NCBI GenBank assembly: GCA_035287205.1
Contig: DATEBV010000367.1
Span: 3,869 to 67,868 of the forward strand
From: Chthoniobacterales bacterium
GTDB taxonomy: Bacteria > Verrucomicrobiota > Verrucomicrobiia > Chthoniobacterales > UBA6821
Direction: 5' to 3'
Length of the DNA stretch: 64,000 nucleotides
Positions 34,812 through 42,916 of this stretch are shown here, in pieces. The position numbers and the translations under genes were made by a program. Position 1 is the first letter of the stretch. Every line of letters starts with the position of its first letter. The notes below the pieces were generated by a model, which did not search any database, was not told where the DNA came from, and worked only from the letters and a program-made list of their open reading frames with translations.

Positions 34812-35246
34812 ATGTGTTTTTGTGATACATCTACCTTAGCAAAATATTATGTGCCGGAGAAGGAGTCATCATCGGTGCGCTTGCATCTTGATCAAGAAAA
34901 TCAGGTAATGGTTTCTGAACTTGCTCGTGTTGAGTTAATGGGAGTATTTCATCGGCGTTTGAGAGAACGCAAATGGAATAGGGATGAGTTTATGGCAGTT
35001 GTGCAGCAATTTTCTCATGATGATATTGAAGGACATTGGAGTTGGCTTCCTTTAGATGGAACTATTGTAGAGCAGGCTAGTAAGATTTTTATTGCATTGC
35101 CAGATAGTGTGTTTTTGCGAAGCTCCGACTGTCTTCATTTGGTAACGGCATTGTATTATCGAATTAAGGAAATCTATACTTATGATGCTCATCAAATTCA
35201 GGCTGCCTCTGTTCTGGGACTCAAGCCAATTTCAATTTCAGTGTAA
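34812..35246 (+). CDS. vapC: PIN-domain toxin (VapC-like)
   Basis: N-terminal 'CDTSTLAKYYVPE' carries the first acidic residue of PIN, with a later 'SSDCLHLVTA' motif. 144 aa and paired with the antitoxin. Confidence 0.65.
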   Translation: MCFCDTSTLAKYYVPEKESSSVRLHLDQENQVMVSELARVELMGVFHRRLRERKWNRDEFMAVVQQFSHDDIEGHWSWLPLDGTIVEQASKIFIALPDSVFLRSSDCLHLVTALYYRIKEIYTYDAHQIQAASVLGLKPISISV

Positions 35247-35318
35247 TAACCGACCTTTTCTTGACATTAGTAGGCCCTATCGCAGAGAGTAACAGGTCGC
35301 ATCGTAGTAAACTATTTT

Positions 35319-35390
35319 GCCGACGTAGCACAGTGGTAGTGCAGCTGATTCGTAATCAGCAGGTCAGGGGTTCGAATCCCCTCGTCGGCT
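35319..35390 (+). tRNA. tRNA-Thr (anticodon CGT)
   Basis: Manual cloverleaf: acceptor GCCGACG/CGTCGGC, D arm GCAC-AGTGGTA-GTGC, anticodon arm GCTGA-TTCGTAA-TCAGC, T arm AGGGG-TTCGAAT-CCCCT. No encoded CCA. Confidence 0.9.
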
Positions 35391-35430
35391 CATTTTTAAA
35401 AATTAAATTATTCGGGTTAGTTGTGTTAGC

Positions 35431-35568
35431 GTAAATATGCGGTTAACCCATTTGTAGAATGTGCTCCAATTTATCATCGGAACGATCCTTCAAATTTTAA
35501 CCAGCATACCGATTAACCTTCAGCCTTCAACTTTTAGCCTCTATTCGGCCTGTTGGCCGAATAGTTAC
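35431..35568 (+). mobile_element. RE-1S copy, 40 nt downstream of tRNA-Thr
   Basis: GTAAATATGCGG...CTATTCGGCCTGTTGGCCGAATAGTTAC. The flanking 8-mers gtgttagc and gtggtagt match at 6 of 8 positions. Confidence 0.85.
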
Positions 35569-35621
35569 GTGGTAGTTATTATAAAAAAGAGATAATGAAA
35601 TGTTGCTTTGCATTAGTTGTT

Positions 35622-35763
35622 AATTTCGTTGGAAATTCGCTGATGCTGATGAAGTACAAGAAGCCACGGAGCGCAGAATTTGAGTGTACAGCAGTACTCG
35701 ATAATTCAAGCACCGGAGGCGACGCTGTAATTCAGTAGCAGCAGTAGAATTTCCAACGAAATT
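35622..35763 (+). repeat. RE-3 copy, intergenic, abutting the gmd ATG
   Basis: Perfect 17-bp termini AATTTCGTTGGAAATTC / GAATTTCCAACGAAATT. The interior is homologous to 7316-7447. Confidence 0.85.
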
Positions 35764-36786
35764 ATGAAGAAGGCACTAATTACTGGTATAACAGGTCAAG
35801 ATGGTTCCTACCTTGCAGAGCTTCTGCTTGAAAAAGGCTATGAAGTTCATGGGGTCATACGACGCGCATCGACGTTTAATACAAGTCGTATCGATCATCT
35901 TTATAATGACCCTCATATTCATGGAACGCGGCTTTTTCTTCACTATGGTGATTTGGCCGATTCAGTGCAGATGGTAAAGTTGCTTTATAGTTTGAAGCCC
36001 GATGAGATTTATAATCTTGGGGCCCAGAGCCATGTTCGAGTCTCTTTTGATATTCCAGAATACACTGGCGATGTTACAGGATTAAGTACAGTGCGATTAT
36101 TAGAGGCGATTCGTGAGGCAGGTCTTGCGCAAGATGTCCGTTTTTATCAAGCTTCCTCATCAGAGATGTTTGGGCAAGTTCATGAAGTGCCGCAGCGGGA
36201 AACTACCCCTTTTCATCCTCGTTCTCCTTATGGTTGTGCGAAGGTTTTTGCTTACTGGCTCACAGTAAACTATCGTGAGGCTTACAATCTCCATGCTTCC
36301 AATGGAATTCTTTTTAATCATGAGAGTCCTCGTCGTGGAGAAACGTTTGTGACGCGAAAGATCACGCGTGCTGCCACAAGAATTAAGTTAGGACTTCAAG
36401 ATAAGCTTTTTCTTGGCAATCTCGATGCCCAGCGCGACTGGGGTTATGCAAAAGAATACGTGGAAGTGATGTGGTTGATGTTGCAACAGGATAAAGCAGA
36501 TGACTACGTTTGTGCAACAGGAGAGATGCATACGATTCGGGAGTTTTGTGAGGAATGCTTTGGATTGCTTGATTTAGATTGGAAGGAATATGTTGAGCAC
36601 GATAGTCGTTATGAACGTCCTAGTGAGGTAGAGCTCCTCATTGGAGATCCTTCTAAATTGAAACGTCAAATTGGTTGGGAACCAAAGGTAAAGTTTAAGG
36701 AGCTTGTTCGTATTATGACCGAAGCAGATCTTGAGTTAGCAGAACAGGATCTATTGCTTTGCAGTAAGATTAAGTTGAGAGTTTAA
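35764..36786 (+). CDS. gmd: GDP-mannose 4,6-dehydratase
   Basis: '[27 protein letters not shown]', '[10 protein letters not shown]' and 'NHESPRRG' are canonical Gmd. The ATG directly abuts RE-3 copy 35622-35763. Confidence 0.95.
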   Translation: MKKALITGITGQDGSYLAELLLEKGYEVHGVIRRASTFNTSRIDHLYNDPHIHGTRLFLHYGDLADSVQMVKLLYSLKPDEIYNLGAQSHVRVSFDIPEYTGDVTGLSTVRLLEAIREAGLAQDVRFYQASSSEMFGQVHEVPQRETTPFHPRSPYGCAKVFAYWLTVNYREAYNLHASNGILFNHESPRRGETFVTRKITRAATRIKLGLQDKLFLGNLDAQRDWGYAKEYVEVMWLMLQQDKADDYVCATGEMHTIREFCEECFGLLDLDWKEYVEHDSRYERPSEVELLIGDPSKLKRQIGWEPKVKFKELVRIMTEADLELAEQDLLLCSKIKLRV

Positions 36787-36837
36787 GTTTAAGAATTTTT
36801 CAGGACTCGCTTCCCTTTACTCGTTACTTGTTTTCTG

Positions 36838-36883
36838 CTATCTTTAATTCGGTTGCAGCGAAGTGGCAACTGAATGACAATTT
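36838..36883 (+). promoter_or_regulatory. Conserved hairpin module upstream of TA cassette 1 (related to the RE-7 terminus)
   Basis: ctatctttaattcGGTTGCagcgaagtgGCAACtgaatgacaattt. The same module precedes all three antitoxin ATGs. Confidence 0.5.
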
Positions 36884-37060
36884 ATGATAATAGACCATCC
36901 CATTCCAACGTTAGTAGAAGAACCTGTAGAAACAAGTGACTCAATCTATACAGTTGAGTTGATAGCCGCTCTTGAGGAAGCAGATGCTGCAATTGATCGA
37001 GGAGAATTTGTGACTTTTGAGGAAATTAAGAAGGAATTTGCTTCATGGGTTACGAAATAG
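36884..37060 (+). CDS. Small antitoxin of ParE/RelE cassette 1 (58 aa; below the ORF-track cutoff)
   Basis: Manual translation: [58 protein letters not shown]. Paralog of 38739-38921 and 40034-40216. Overlaps the toxin start by 16 nt. Confidence 0.55.
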   Translation: MIIDHPIPTLVEEPVETSDSIYTVELIAALEEADAAIDRGEFVTFEEIKKEFASWVTK

Positions 37061-37347
37061 TTTTTTCTGCTCAAGCCCAGCATGATTTGAGAGAGATTGA
37101 ATATTATATTTCTTTTGATTCTCCTCAAGTAGCTAAGCGTTTTGGTCAGCAGTTGATTAAAAAGACAGATATGCTTGGCTTACATCCAGAAATAGGACGT
37201 ATAGTTCCTGAAGTTGGTAACCGTATTGTGCGAGAAATCATTGTTGGAAATTATCGTATTATGTACAGAGTGAATGTTTCAAAAAAGCAGGTTCGGATTT
37301 TGAGCTACTGGCATGCTGCTCGAGGTACTCCCGATGTCCGTTATTAA
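37045..37347 (+). CDS. ParE/RelE-family toxin (cassette 1)
   Basis: 100 aa. 'A..DL.EI..YI....P..A.RF' followed by '...GR.VPE......REI.VGNYRI.Y.V....V.IL...HAAR' fits the ParE/RelE pattern. Lies between gmd and fcl. Confidence 0.7.
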   Translation: MGYEIVFSAQAQHDLREIEYYISFDSPQVAKRFGQQLIKKTDMLGLHPEIGRIVPEVGNRIVREIIVGNYRIMYRVNVSKKQVRILSYWHAARGTPDVRY

Positions 37348-38293
37348 TCCTTCCTCGCGTATTTACATTGCAGGCCATCGCGGAATGGTTGGTTCTGCAC
37401 TCGTGCGTGCGTTTCATGCAAGAGGTTGTACCAATCTCATTCTGAAGACGCATCAGGAGTTAGATCTTTGTGATCAAGCTGCTGTTCAATCATTTTTTGA
37501 AAAGGAAAAACCGGAAGTTGTTGTGGTAGCTGCTGCACGTGTGGGAGGTATTCATGCTAATGCAACCTACCCTGCAGAGTTTATTCATGAGAATCTTGCG
37601 AGTGCTCATCATGTGATTCATGAGGCTTATACGCATGGAGTAGAACGTCTGCTTTTTCTTGGAAGCTCGTGCATCTATCCTAGGGAAGCACCTCAGCCGA
37701 TTAAAGAGGAGTATCTCCTTTCAGGCCCTCTGGAGCCAACGAATGAGGCTTATGCCATTGCAAAGATTGCGGGACTTAAGCTCTGTCAATTTTATCGTCA
37801 GCAGTATGGAGTTTTATTTCATTCTGCGATGCCGACAAATCTTTATGGTCCTGGTGATAATTATCATCCTGAAAATTCTCATGTGTTGCCGGCACTTATA
37901 CGTCGTTTTCATGAGGCTAAAGAAATAGCGGCTTCTTCAGTGAGCCTCTGGGGCACAGGGACAAGTCGACGTGAATTTCTTCATGTTGATGATCTTGCGT
38001 CAGCATTGCTTTTATTGCTTGAACAGGAGAATCCACTCGATTGGATCAATGTAGGCAGTGGTACCGATGTGACGATTCGTGAGTTGGCCGAACTCATCGC
38101 TCGTATCATCGGTTTTGAAGGAACACTGCAGTGGGATGCTACGCGTCCTGATGGAACTCCGCGCAAACTGATGGATAGTAATAAACTTTTTGGAATGGGC
38201 TGGCGTTCGCAGTTTGATCTCGAAATGGGAATACGTCATGCCTATGACGATTTTTTGCGATCTTTAGAAAGTGGAATTTTAAGGAAGAATTAA
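37334..38293 (+). CDS. fcl: GDP-L-fucose synthase (GDP-4-keto-6-deoxymannose epimerase/reductase)
   Basis: '[14 protein letters not shown]' and '[10 protein letters not shown]' are canonical Fcl. ATG 37334 lies inside the last 14 nt of the toxin gene. The last codons and stop fall in RE-5-like sequence (38283-38350). Confidence 0.9.
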   Translation: MSVINPSSRIYIAGHRGMVGSALVRAFHARGCTNLILKTHQELDLCDQAAVQSFFEKEKPEVVVVAAARVGGIHANATYPAEFIHENLASAHHVIHEAYTHGVERLLFLGSSCIYPREAPQPIKEEYLLSGPLEPTNEAYAIAKIAGLKLCQFYRQQYGVLFHSAMPTNLYGPGDNYHPENSHVLPALIRRFHEAKEIAASSVSLWGTGTSRREFLHVDDLASALLLLLEQENPLDWINVGSGTDVTIRELAELIARIIGFEGTLQWDATRPDGTPRKLMDSNKLFGMGWRSQFDLEMGIRHAYDDFLRSLESGILRKN

Positions 38294-38350
38294 CCACAAA
38301 AAGCAGAGAAGAAATTAACCACAAAGAACACAAAGGAACACAAAAGAAGA
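38283..38350. repeat. RE-5-like solo left end (duplicated) covering the fcl stop
   Basis: ggaagaatTAAccacaaaaagcagagaagaaattaaccacaaagaacacaaaggaacacaaaagaag. Confidence 0.7.
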
Positions 38351-38477
38351 AGTAAAAAGTGAAAGGGTATTTTTAGAATTTTGGTCCGAGGTTGGGTTGA
38401 TTTTTTATGTGCGGTGTTATTTTATTTGAACATAATCGATGATCTAATTGTCTTATTTCAGGAAGACAATGGTAGAA

Positions 38478-38676
38478 GTAAATATTCGATTAACCCAGTC
38501 GATAAAATTTGTCTAGCCGTGTAAGAATCCTTTACTGAAGTGATTTCGAGAGCAAAAAACTAGGTGCAAATAAAAATGTCGCTTCACTTTTTACATTGTT
38601 ACGAAGTGACCAAAAATCAACTTAAACTTAAACTGAAAACTTAAACTTATATTCGGCCTGTTGGCCGAATATTTAC
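38478..38676 (+). mobile_element. RE-1L full-length copy with a perfect 8-bp TSD
   Basis: 199 nt. TIR GTAAATATTCG / CGAATATTTAC. TSD TGGTAGAA at 38470-38477 and 38677-38684. The paralogous site near 39971-39990 is empty. Confidence 0.92.
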
Positions 38677-38689
38677 TGGTAGAATAAAA

Positions 38690-38738
38690 AACCTGATTTT
38701 ATTTAAGTTGCTGCGTAGTGGCAACTGAACGCCTATTT
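38690..38738 (+). promoter_or_regulatory. Conserved hairpin module upstream of TA cassette 2
   Basis: acctgattttatttaAGTTGCtgcgtagtgGCAACTgaacgcctattt. Confidence 0.5.
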
Positions 38739-38921
38739 ATGATTACTGACCCATTAGTAGAAGAATTAGTAGAAGACCCTACAGAACTAAGCAGACGCGA
38801 TCCTGCTTATCGAGCTGCATTTATTGCAGCAGTTGAAGAAGGGTTAGCATCAATCGAACAAGGGAAATGTATCACTCTTGAAGAAATGGAGAAAAAATTC
38901 TATTCATGGTTTACCGAGTAG
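38739..38921 (+). CDS. Small antitoxin of ParE/RelE cassette 2
   Basis: MITDPLVEELVEDPTELSRRDPAYRAAFIAAVEEGLASIEQGKCITLEEMEKKFYSWFTE. C-terminal 'A.EEGL....G..I..EE' is ParD-like. Overlaps the toxin start. Confidence 0.55.
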   Translation: MITDPLVEELVEDPTELSRRDPAYRAAFIAAVEEGLASIEQGKCITLEEMEKKFYSWFTE

Positions 38922-39208
38922 TTATTTCTCCTGAAGCTCAGCGTGATCTAAGAGGTATTCAGCGCTATATTTCTTTTGATGCGCCTCAGGCAGCTCTACG
39001 CTTTACTCAACACCTTTTTTCTAAGCAAAAAGTTCTTGAAGCACATCCTGAAATAGGTCGTGTTGTCCCTGAAATTGCCAATTGCACCCTACGAGAGATC
39101 ATTATTGGAAACTATCGAGTGATTTATAAGGTCGATCATTCGGGAAAAGAAATTATAATTCTTCGATATTGGCATGCTGCTCGAGGTGTTCCAGAATTTC
39201 GTTATTAA
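38906..39208 (+). CDS. ParE/RelE-family toxin (cassette 2, intact)
   Basis: 100 aa, alignable over its full length with 37045-37347, roughly half the positions identical by eye. Confidence 0.7.
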   Translation: MVYRVVISPEAQRDLRGIQRYISFDAPQAALRFTQHLFSKQKVLEAHPEIGRVVPEIANCTLREIIIGNYRVIYKVDHSGKEIIILRYWHAARGVPEFRY

Positions 39209-39222
39209 CCACCCATATATTC

Positions 39223-39813
39223 ATGAATAAATCATTACTCTTTGCACTCATCCTCATGACTGCTGCTTCTTGTCTTACACAGGCAAGTCCAAGTCAACAA
39301 AGTCTTGTTCCTTCAAATATCAGTACCTACGAGCAAGTAAACACTGCTCCAGCAGAAGTCATCCAGCCATTAGAAATCACTATTGATGATTTAGTGAATA
39401 CCCCATGGGATGAAGCAAGTCCTAAAGCGCACGTTCCATGGTATTCTTATGAAGATTTCAATGGAGCGCAAATTTTAGAGCCCCTATCAATTACCTTAGA
39501 GAAAGGCCAAGACCTTATTATTCATATTAGCAATTCTAAGCATGTTAAAGGAGGCTATCTACCTCAACATGGGTTTTATATAGATGAGAGAGGACTCATC
39601 TATACTATCAATGAAATCGACTGGGGAAGGGGACATAGTCTTAATGCAGACCCTTACTTTCCATGCCGTGATGAGCAAGGTATGCTCTCTTATCATGTGA
39701 TTAACAGTCATTCAGGGAAAAACGATTTAACGTTTAAATATTGTCTTTCTGGTTCTGACAGAAGCGGCGATAGCAAAGTCAATGTTAAGAAAATATTTGT
39801 GACATGCGAATAA
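39223..39813 (+). CDS. Secreted hypothetical protein (paralog A)
   Basis: Signal peptide MNKSLLFALILMTAASCLTQA/SP. Shares 'ITLEKGQDLIIHISN' and the signal peptide with 40388-41014. ORF-track start 39169 overlaps the toxin. Confidence 0.5.
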   Translation: MNKSLLFALILMTAASCLTQASPSQQSLVPSNISTYEQVNTAPAEVIQPLEITIDDLVNTPWDEASPKAHVPWYSYEDFNGAQILEPLSITLEKGQDLIIHISNSKHVKGGYLPQHGFYIDERGLIYTINEIDWGRGHSLNADPYFPCRDEQGMLSYHVINSHSGKNDLTFKYCLSGSDRSGDSKVNVKKIFVTCE

Positions 39814-39984
39814 TGTAGTTGTCTAGCCAGCGAGAAGAGCAGGAATTAACTGCAAAATAACACAAAGGATTTTTTTTGAAATCTTGATCCAAGATTGGGT
39901 TTGATCTTGTTACACAGTGGACTATTTTATTTTGAACGTAATTGATGATCCAATTGTCTTACTTAAAGAAAGACTATGATAAAA

Positions 39985-40033
39985 AATCTTATTTTATTTC
40001 AGTTGCCGCCTGACGACAACTGAACACCTATTT
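39985..40033 (+). promoter_or_regulatory. Conserved hairpin module upstream of TA cassette 3
   Basis: aatcttattttatttcAGTTGccgcctgacgaCAACTgaacacctattt. Confidence 0.5.
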
Positions 40034-40216
40034 ATGATAACTGACCACTCCATCTCAACGTTAGTAGAAGATCCTGCAGAACTAAGCAGACGTGATCCGG
40101 CTTGTCGGGCTGCATTTATTGCGGCGGTTGAAGAAGGGCTGGCTGATTTTGAACGAGGAGATTTTATCACTCATGAAGAACTTAAAAAAGAATTCTATTC
40201 ATGGTGTACCGAATAG
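40034..40216 (+). CDS. Small antitoxin of ParE/RelE cassette 3
   Basis: MITDHSISTLVEDPAELSRRDPACRAAFIAAVEEGLADFERGDFITHEELKKEFYSWCTE. Close paralog of the cassette-2 antitoxin, with most positions identical by eye. Confidence 0.5.
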   Translation: MITDHSISTLVEDPAELSRRDPACRAAFIAAVEEGLADFERGDFITHEELKKEFYSWCTE

Positions 40217-40364
40217 TTATTGCTTCAAGAGCTAAACGTGATTTATACGAGAGATTGTTGTTGGAAATTATCGAGTAATTTACAAAGTGGATCATTCCAG
40301 AAAAGAGATTAGAATTCTTCACTATTGGCACGCTGCACGAGGCACTCCAGATTTTCATTATTAA
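40201..40364 (+). pseudogene. ParE/RelE toxin pseudogene (cassette 3; 139-nt internal deletion and frameshift)
   Basis: Both ends align with 38906-39208 (atggtgtaccgaatagtt... and ...cactattggcacgctgcacgaggcactccagattttcattattaa). It is 164 nt versus 303 nt, and the reading frame stops at 40276-40278. Confidence 0.75.
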
Positions 40365-40387
40365 CCCTCAACACATAACCAAGCTCC

Positions 40388-41014
40388 ATGACTAAATCAT
40401 TACTCTTTGCAGTCATCCTCATGACTGCTGCTTTATCTTTTACACAGGCAACTCCGAGTCAGCAAAAAACTATTGCTTCCCCTATCGTCGCTTATACTCA
40501 AACGGATACTGCTTTAACAGAAGCCATTCCTCCGTATGAAATGACGTTTACAGTAGAAGAGCTTTTTTTTGGTCCAGGGTTCTCCATCACTTTAGAAAAA
40601 GGCCAGGATCTTATTATTCATATTAGTAATCCTGATAACATATGGCACAATGCAGGTAAATTTTCCGAAAACCGTGGCTGCATGGGTGGACTGTATATTG
40701 CCAATTGTGATAATAACATTGCGATCCATACTCATTCTCGGGCTCGTGCTGATATTTCTTGCAAGATGATGGGAATTAATTGGGGAGGATATTATAATTT
40801 TTTCAGGCAAAGAGACCCTCTCTCTTTAGATGAAAAACTCGATGAGGATGGAAGTGTTCTCTCTTATTATTTTAAGAATAATCATGAGGGTAAAGAACAA
40901 CTGCAATTTCATTTTCATTGGATCCCTGCAGGCAACAGTTCAAGAGACAGTTTTAACGCAGAAGTGGCATCTGGAGTAGCAGATTCAAGAATTATTAATG
41001 TAACAGTTCAGTAA
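40388..41014 (+). CDS. Secreted hypothetical protein (paralog B)
   Basis: Signal peptide MTKSLLFAVILMTAALSFTQA/TP. Shares 'ITLEKGQDLIIHISN' with paralog A. Confidence 0.5.
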   Translation: MTKSLLFAVILMTAALSFTQATPSQQKTIASPIVAYTQTDTALTEAIPPYEMTFTVEELFFGPGFSITLEKGQDLIIHISNPDNIWHNAGKFSENRGCMGGLYIANCDNNIAIHTHSRARADISCKMMGINWGGYYNFFRQRDPLSLDEKLDEDGSVLSYYFKNNHEGKEQLQFHFHWIPAGNSSRDSFNAEVASGVADSRIINVTVQ

Positions 41015-41150
41015 TAACTTGCTCTGGTTGATTCATGATTTGTCGAATAGTTGTAATTTTCTCAGCATTATTTTCCCAAATGGGTATATTTGGTCTATGG
41101 TGATTCAGTTAGCAATTTCAAGCGCTCCTCATAACAAACTCTCTTTGTCC

Positions 41151-41457
41151 GTAAATATTTGACAGCCCTAATCAGAAAATTTTGTTGAAGTTCTTTATTA
41201 AAGTGACCTTGAAAGCAAAAAGTTGGGAGGAAGGAAAAATATCGCTTTGCTTCTCTCCTTGTCACGAAGGTAAATATTCGGTTAACCCATCAGTAAAATG
41301 TGCTAGAGAATCAATTAATTATCAGAGCGATCTATCAAATCTTAATCAGCGTATCGATTAGCCTACAGCCTATAGCCTACAGCCTATAGCCTCTATTCGG
41401 CCAGCAGGCCGAATAGTTACTCACGAAGTGACCAAAAATCAACTTAAACTTAAACTC
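41151..41457 (+). mobile_element. RE-1L copy interrupted by RE-1S (composite)
   Basis: Starts gtaaatatttgac. It is interrupted at 41269/41421 and resumes tgaccaaaaatcaacttaaacttaaac. It lacks its own terminal hairpin. Confidence 0.75.
41270..41420 (+). mobile_element. RE-1S copy nested inside an RE-1L copy, with a perfect 8-bp TSD
   Basis: 151 nt. Flanked by TCACGAAG (41262-41269) and TCACGAAG (41421-41428). It splits the RE-1L motif gtcacgaagtgacc. Confidence 0.9.
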
Positions 41458-41470
41458 TTACCTATTTCTT

Positions 41471-42916
41471 ATGTTCTCAAACATCCTCTCTATCATTGGC
41501 ATCTCTCTCGAGGTGATTATCCTTTTTAATCTTTTAATTGTTGTTCATGAGTTAGGGCATTTTCTGGCAGCCCGTTCTCGTGGGCTTGTGGTGGAAAAAT
41601 TCGCTATTTGGTTTGGAAAGCCCATTTGGTCGAAGACCATTAATGGAATTGAATATCGGTTAGGATGTATTCCTGCTGGAGGGTTTGTCGCCATCCCTCA
41701 GTTAGCGCCGATGGAAGCACTCGAGGGAGAGAGTAAGCAAAAGTATTCCGATCTGCCGCCTGTTTCCCCACTTGATAAAATTATTGTTGCCGCAGCAGGA
41801 CCGGTTTTTAGTCTTTTGCTGGCTTTAGCATTTGCTTGTGTTGTTTGGGGTGTTGGGCGTCCTGTAAGTGAGGCAGAGAAGACCGCTGTGATAGGTTATG
41901 TTATGCCTGATGGTCCTGCTGCTAAGGCAGGCTTACAGCCAGGAGATAAAATTCTTGCGGTGAATGCACATCCTGTCACACGTATTAATGGGATGGGACG
42001 GATGAGTGATAGCGTGTCTTGGAATGTGGCTACAAGCCAATCACCTTTGATTCCGATTCGCTTTGAGCGCGATGGGGTGGAGCACATTGTTGAAATTGAG
42101 CCCCTTGTGCAGCCTCGCCAAGGATGGGGTAGAAAGAATCTTCGTCAGATTCAGATCTTGCCGGCGCAGACGCCAATGATTTCTAAAATTATCCCTCAAA
42201 GTCCTGCCTCGGCAGCAGGACTTCTTTCTGGCGATCTGGTGGTGATGGCCAATGGAGTAAAATTATTGAGTCCTATTGCCTTGGCAGAAATTCTTAATAA
42301 TACCAAGGGACAGGCGGTAACGTTGGTGATCAGTCGTCGTATGGGAGATGCTTTAAAAACTTTTTCAGTGAATATTTTACCTCTCATTCCTGTAGGGGAG
42401 AAGCAGTCGCGTCTTGGTATTGTCTGGGATCAACGTGGTGTTGTGACGCTCTCTTATCCTAATCCTTGGGATCAAATTGCGGCAAGTGTGAGTACGATGT
42501 GGGAGACCATCTCGGCAGTGATGACACCTCATTCGGAAATTACGGTGCAGCACCTGAGCGGTCCTGTTGGTATTATGAGGATTTATTATATGCTTTTTGA
42601 AAGTCCCATGGGATGGCGTTTAGCTCTTTGGTTCAGTGTGGTGCTTAATGTCAACTTGGCTCTACTGAATCTGCTCCCTTTCCCTGTACTTGATGGGGGG
42701 CACATTCTTCTGGCAATTTGTGAATGGGCAATTCGTAAGCCGATCGAACATCGCGTGGTAGAATGGATTCAGAGTGGCTTTGCTCTTATTCTGATGGGAT
42801 TCATGTTGTATGTAACTTTTTTTGATCTTCTCGATTTGCCGCCCCTTATGAGAGGAAAATCGAATCCCCAAGAAAAATCAGCAGTGATGCAGTTTGCCTC
42901 GCCAGTTGGAAAATGA
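41471..42916 (+). CDS. rseP: RIP (site-2) zinc metalloprotease RseP
   Basis: 'HELGHFLAAR' (HExxH), PDZ-like central regions, and 'NLLPFPVLDGGH' (NxxPxxxLDG). Confidence 0.9.
   Translation: MFSNILSIIGISLEVIILFNLLIVVHELGHFLAARSRGLVVEKFAIWFGKPIWSKTINGIEYRLGCIPAGGFVAIPQLAPMEALEGESKQKYSDLPPVSPLDKIIVAAAGPVFSLLLALAFACVVWGVGRPVSEAEKTAVIGYVMPDGPAAKAGLQPGDKILAVNAHPVTRINGMGRMSDSVSWNVATSQSPLIPIRFERDGVEHIVEIEPLVQPRQGWGRKNLRQIQILPAQTPMISKIIPQSPASAAGLLSGDLVVMANGVKLLSPIALAEILNNTKGQAVTLVISRRMGDALKTFSVNILPLIPVGEKQSRLGIVWDQRGVVTLSYPNPWDQIAASVSTMWETISAVMTPHSEITVQHLSGPVGIMRIYYMLFESPMGWRLALWFSVVLNVNLALLNLLPFPVLDGGHILLAICEWAIRKPIEHRVVEWIQSGFALILMGFMLYVTFFDLLDLPPLMRGKSNPQEKSAVMQFASPVGK

Larger units (their letters stand above)
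38351..41040 (+). repeat. Tandem segmental duplication: two units of [spacer - antitoxin - ParE/RelE toxin - secreted protein]
   Basis: Unit 1 is about 38351-39834 and unit 2 about 39835-41040. The units are colinear (spacers, antitoxins, toxin ends, signal peptides). They differ by the RE-1L insertion in unit 1 and the 139-nt toxin deletion in unit 2. Confidence 0.8.

Noticed and set aside
34501-36786. A prophage or integrative island at tRNA-Thr
   Set aside because: No integrase, no phage genes, and no duplicated tRNA 3' end are visible. Only a TA pair and MITEs flank the tRNA.
36946-37128. 60-aa minus-strand ORF across the cassette-1 antitoxin/toxin junction
   Set aside because: It lies antisense to the conserved antitoxin-toxin pair, which has two paralogous copies supporting the plus-strand model.
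39169-39222. ORF-track start for the secreted protein (MACCSRCSRISLLTTHIF...)
   Set aside because: This start overlaps the toxin's 3' end in another frame. The paralog at 40388 begins at the equivalent of M 39223, directly at the signal peptide.
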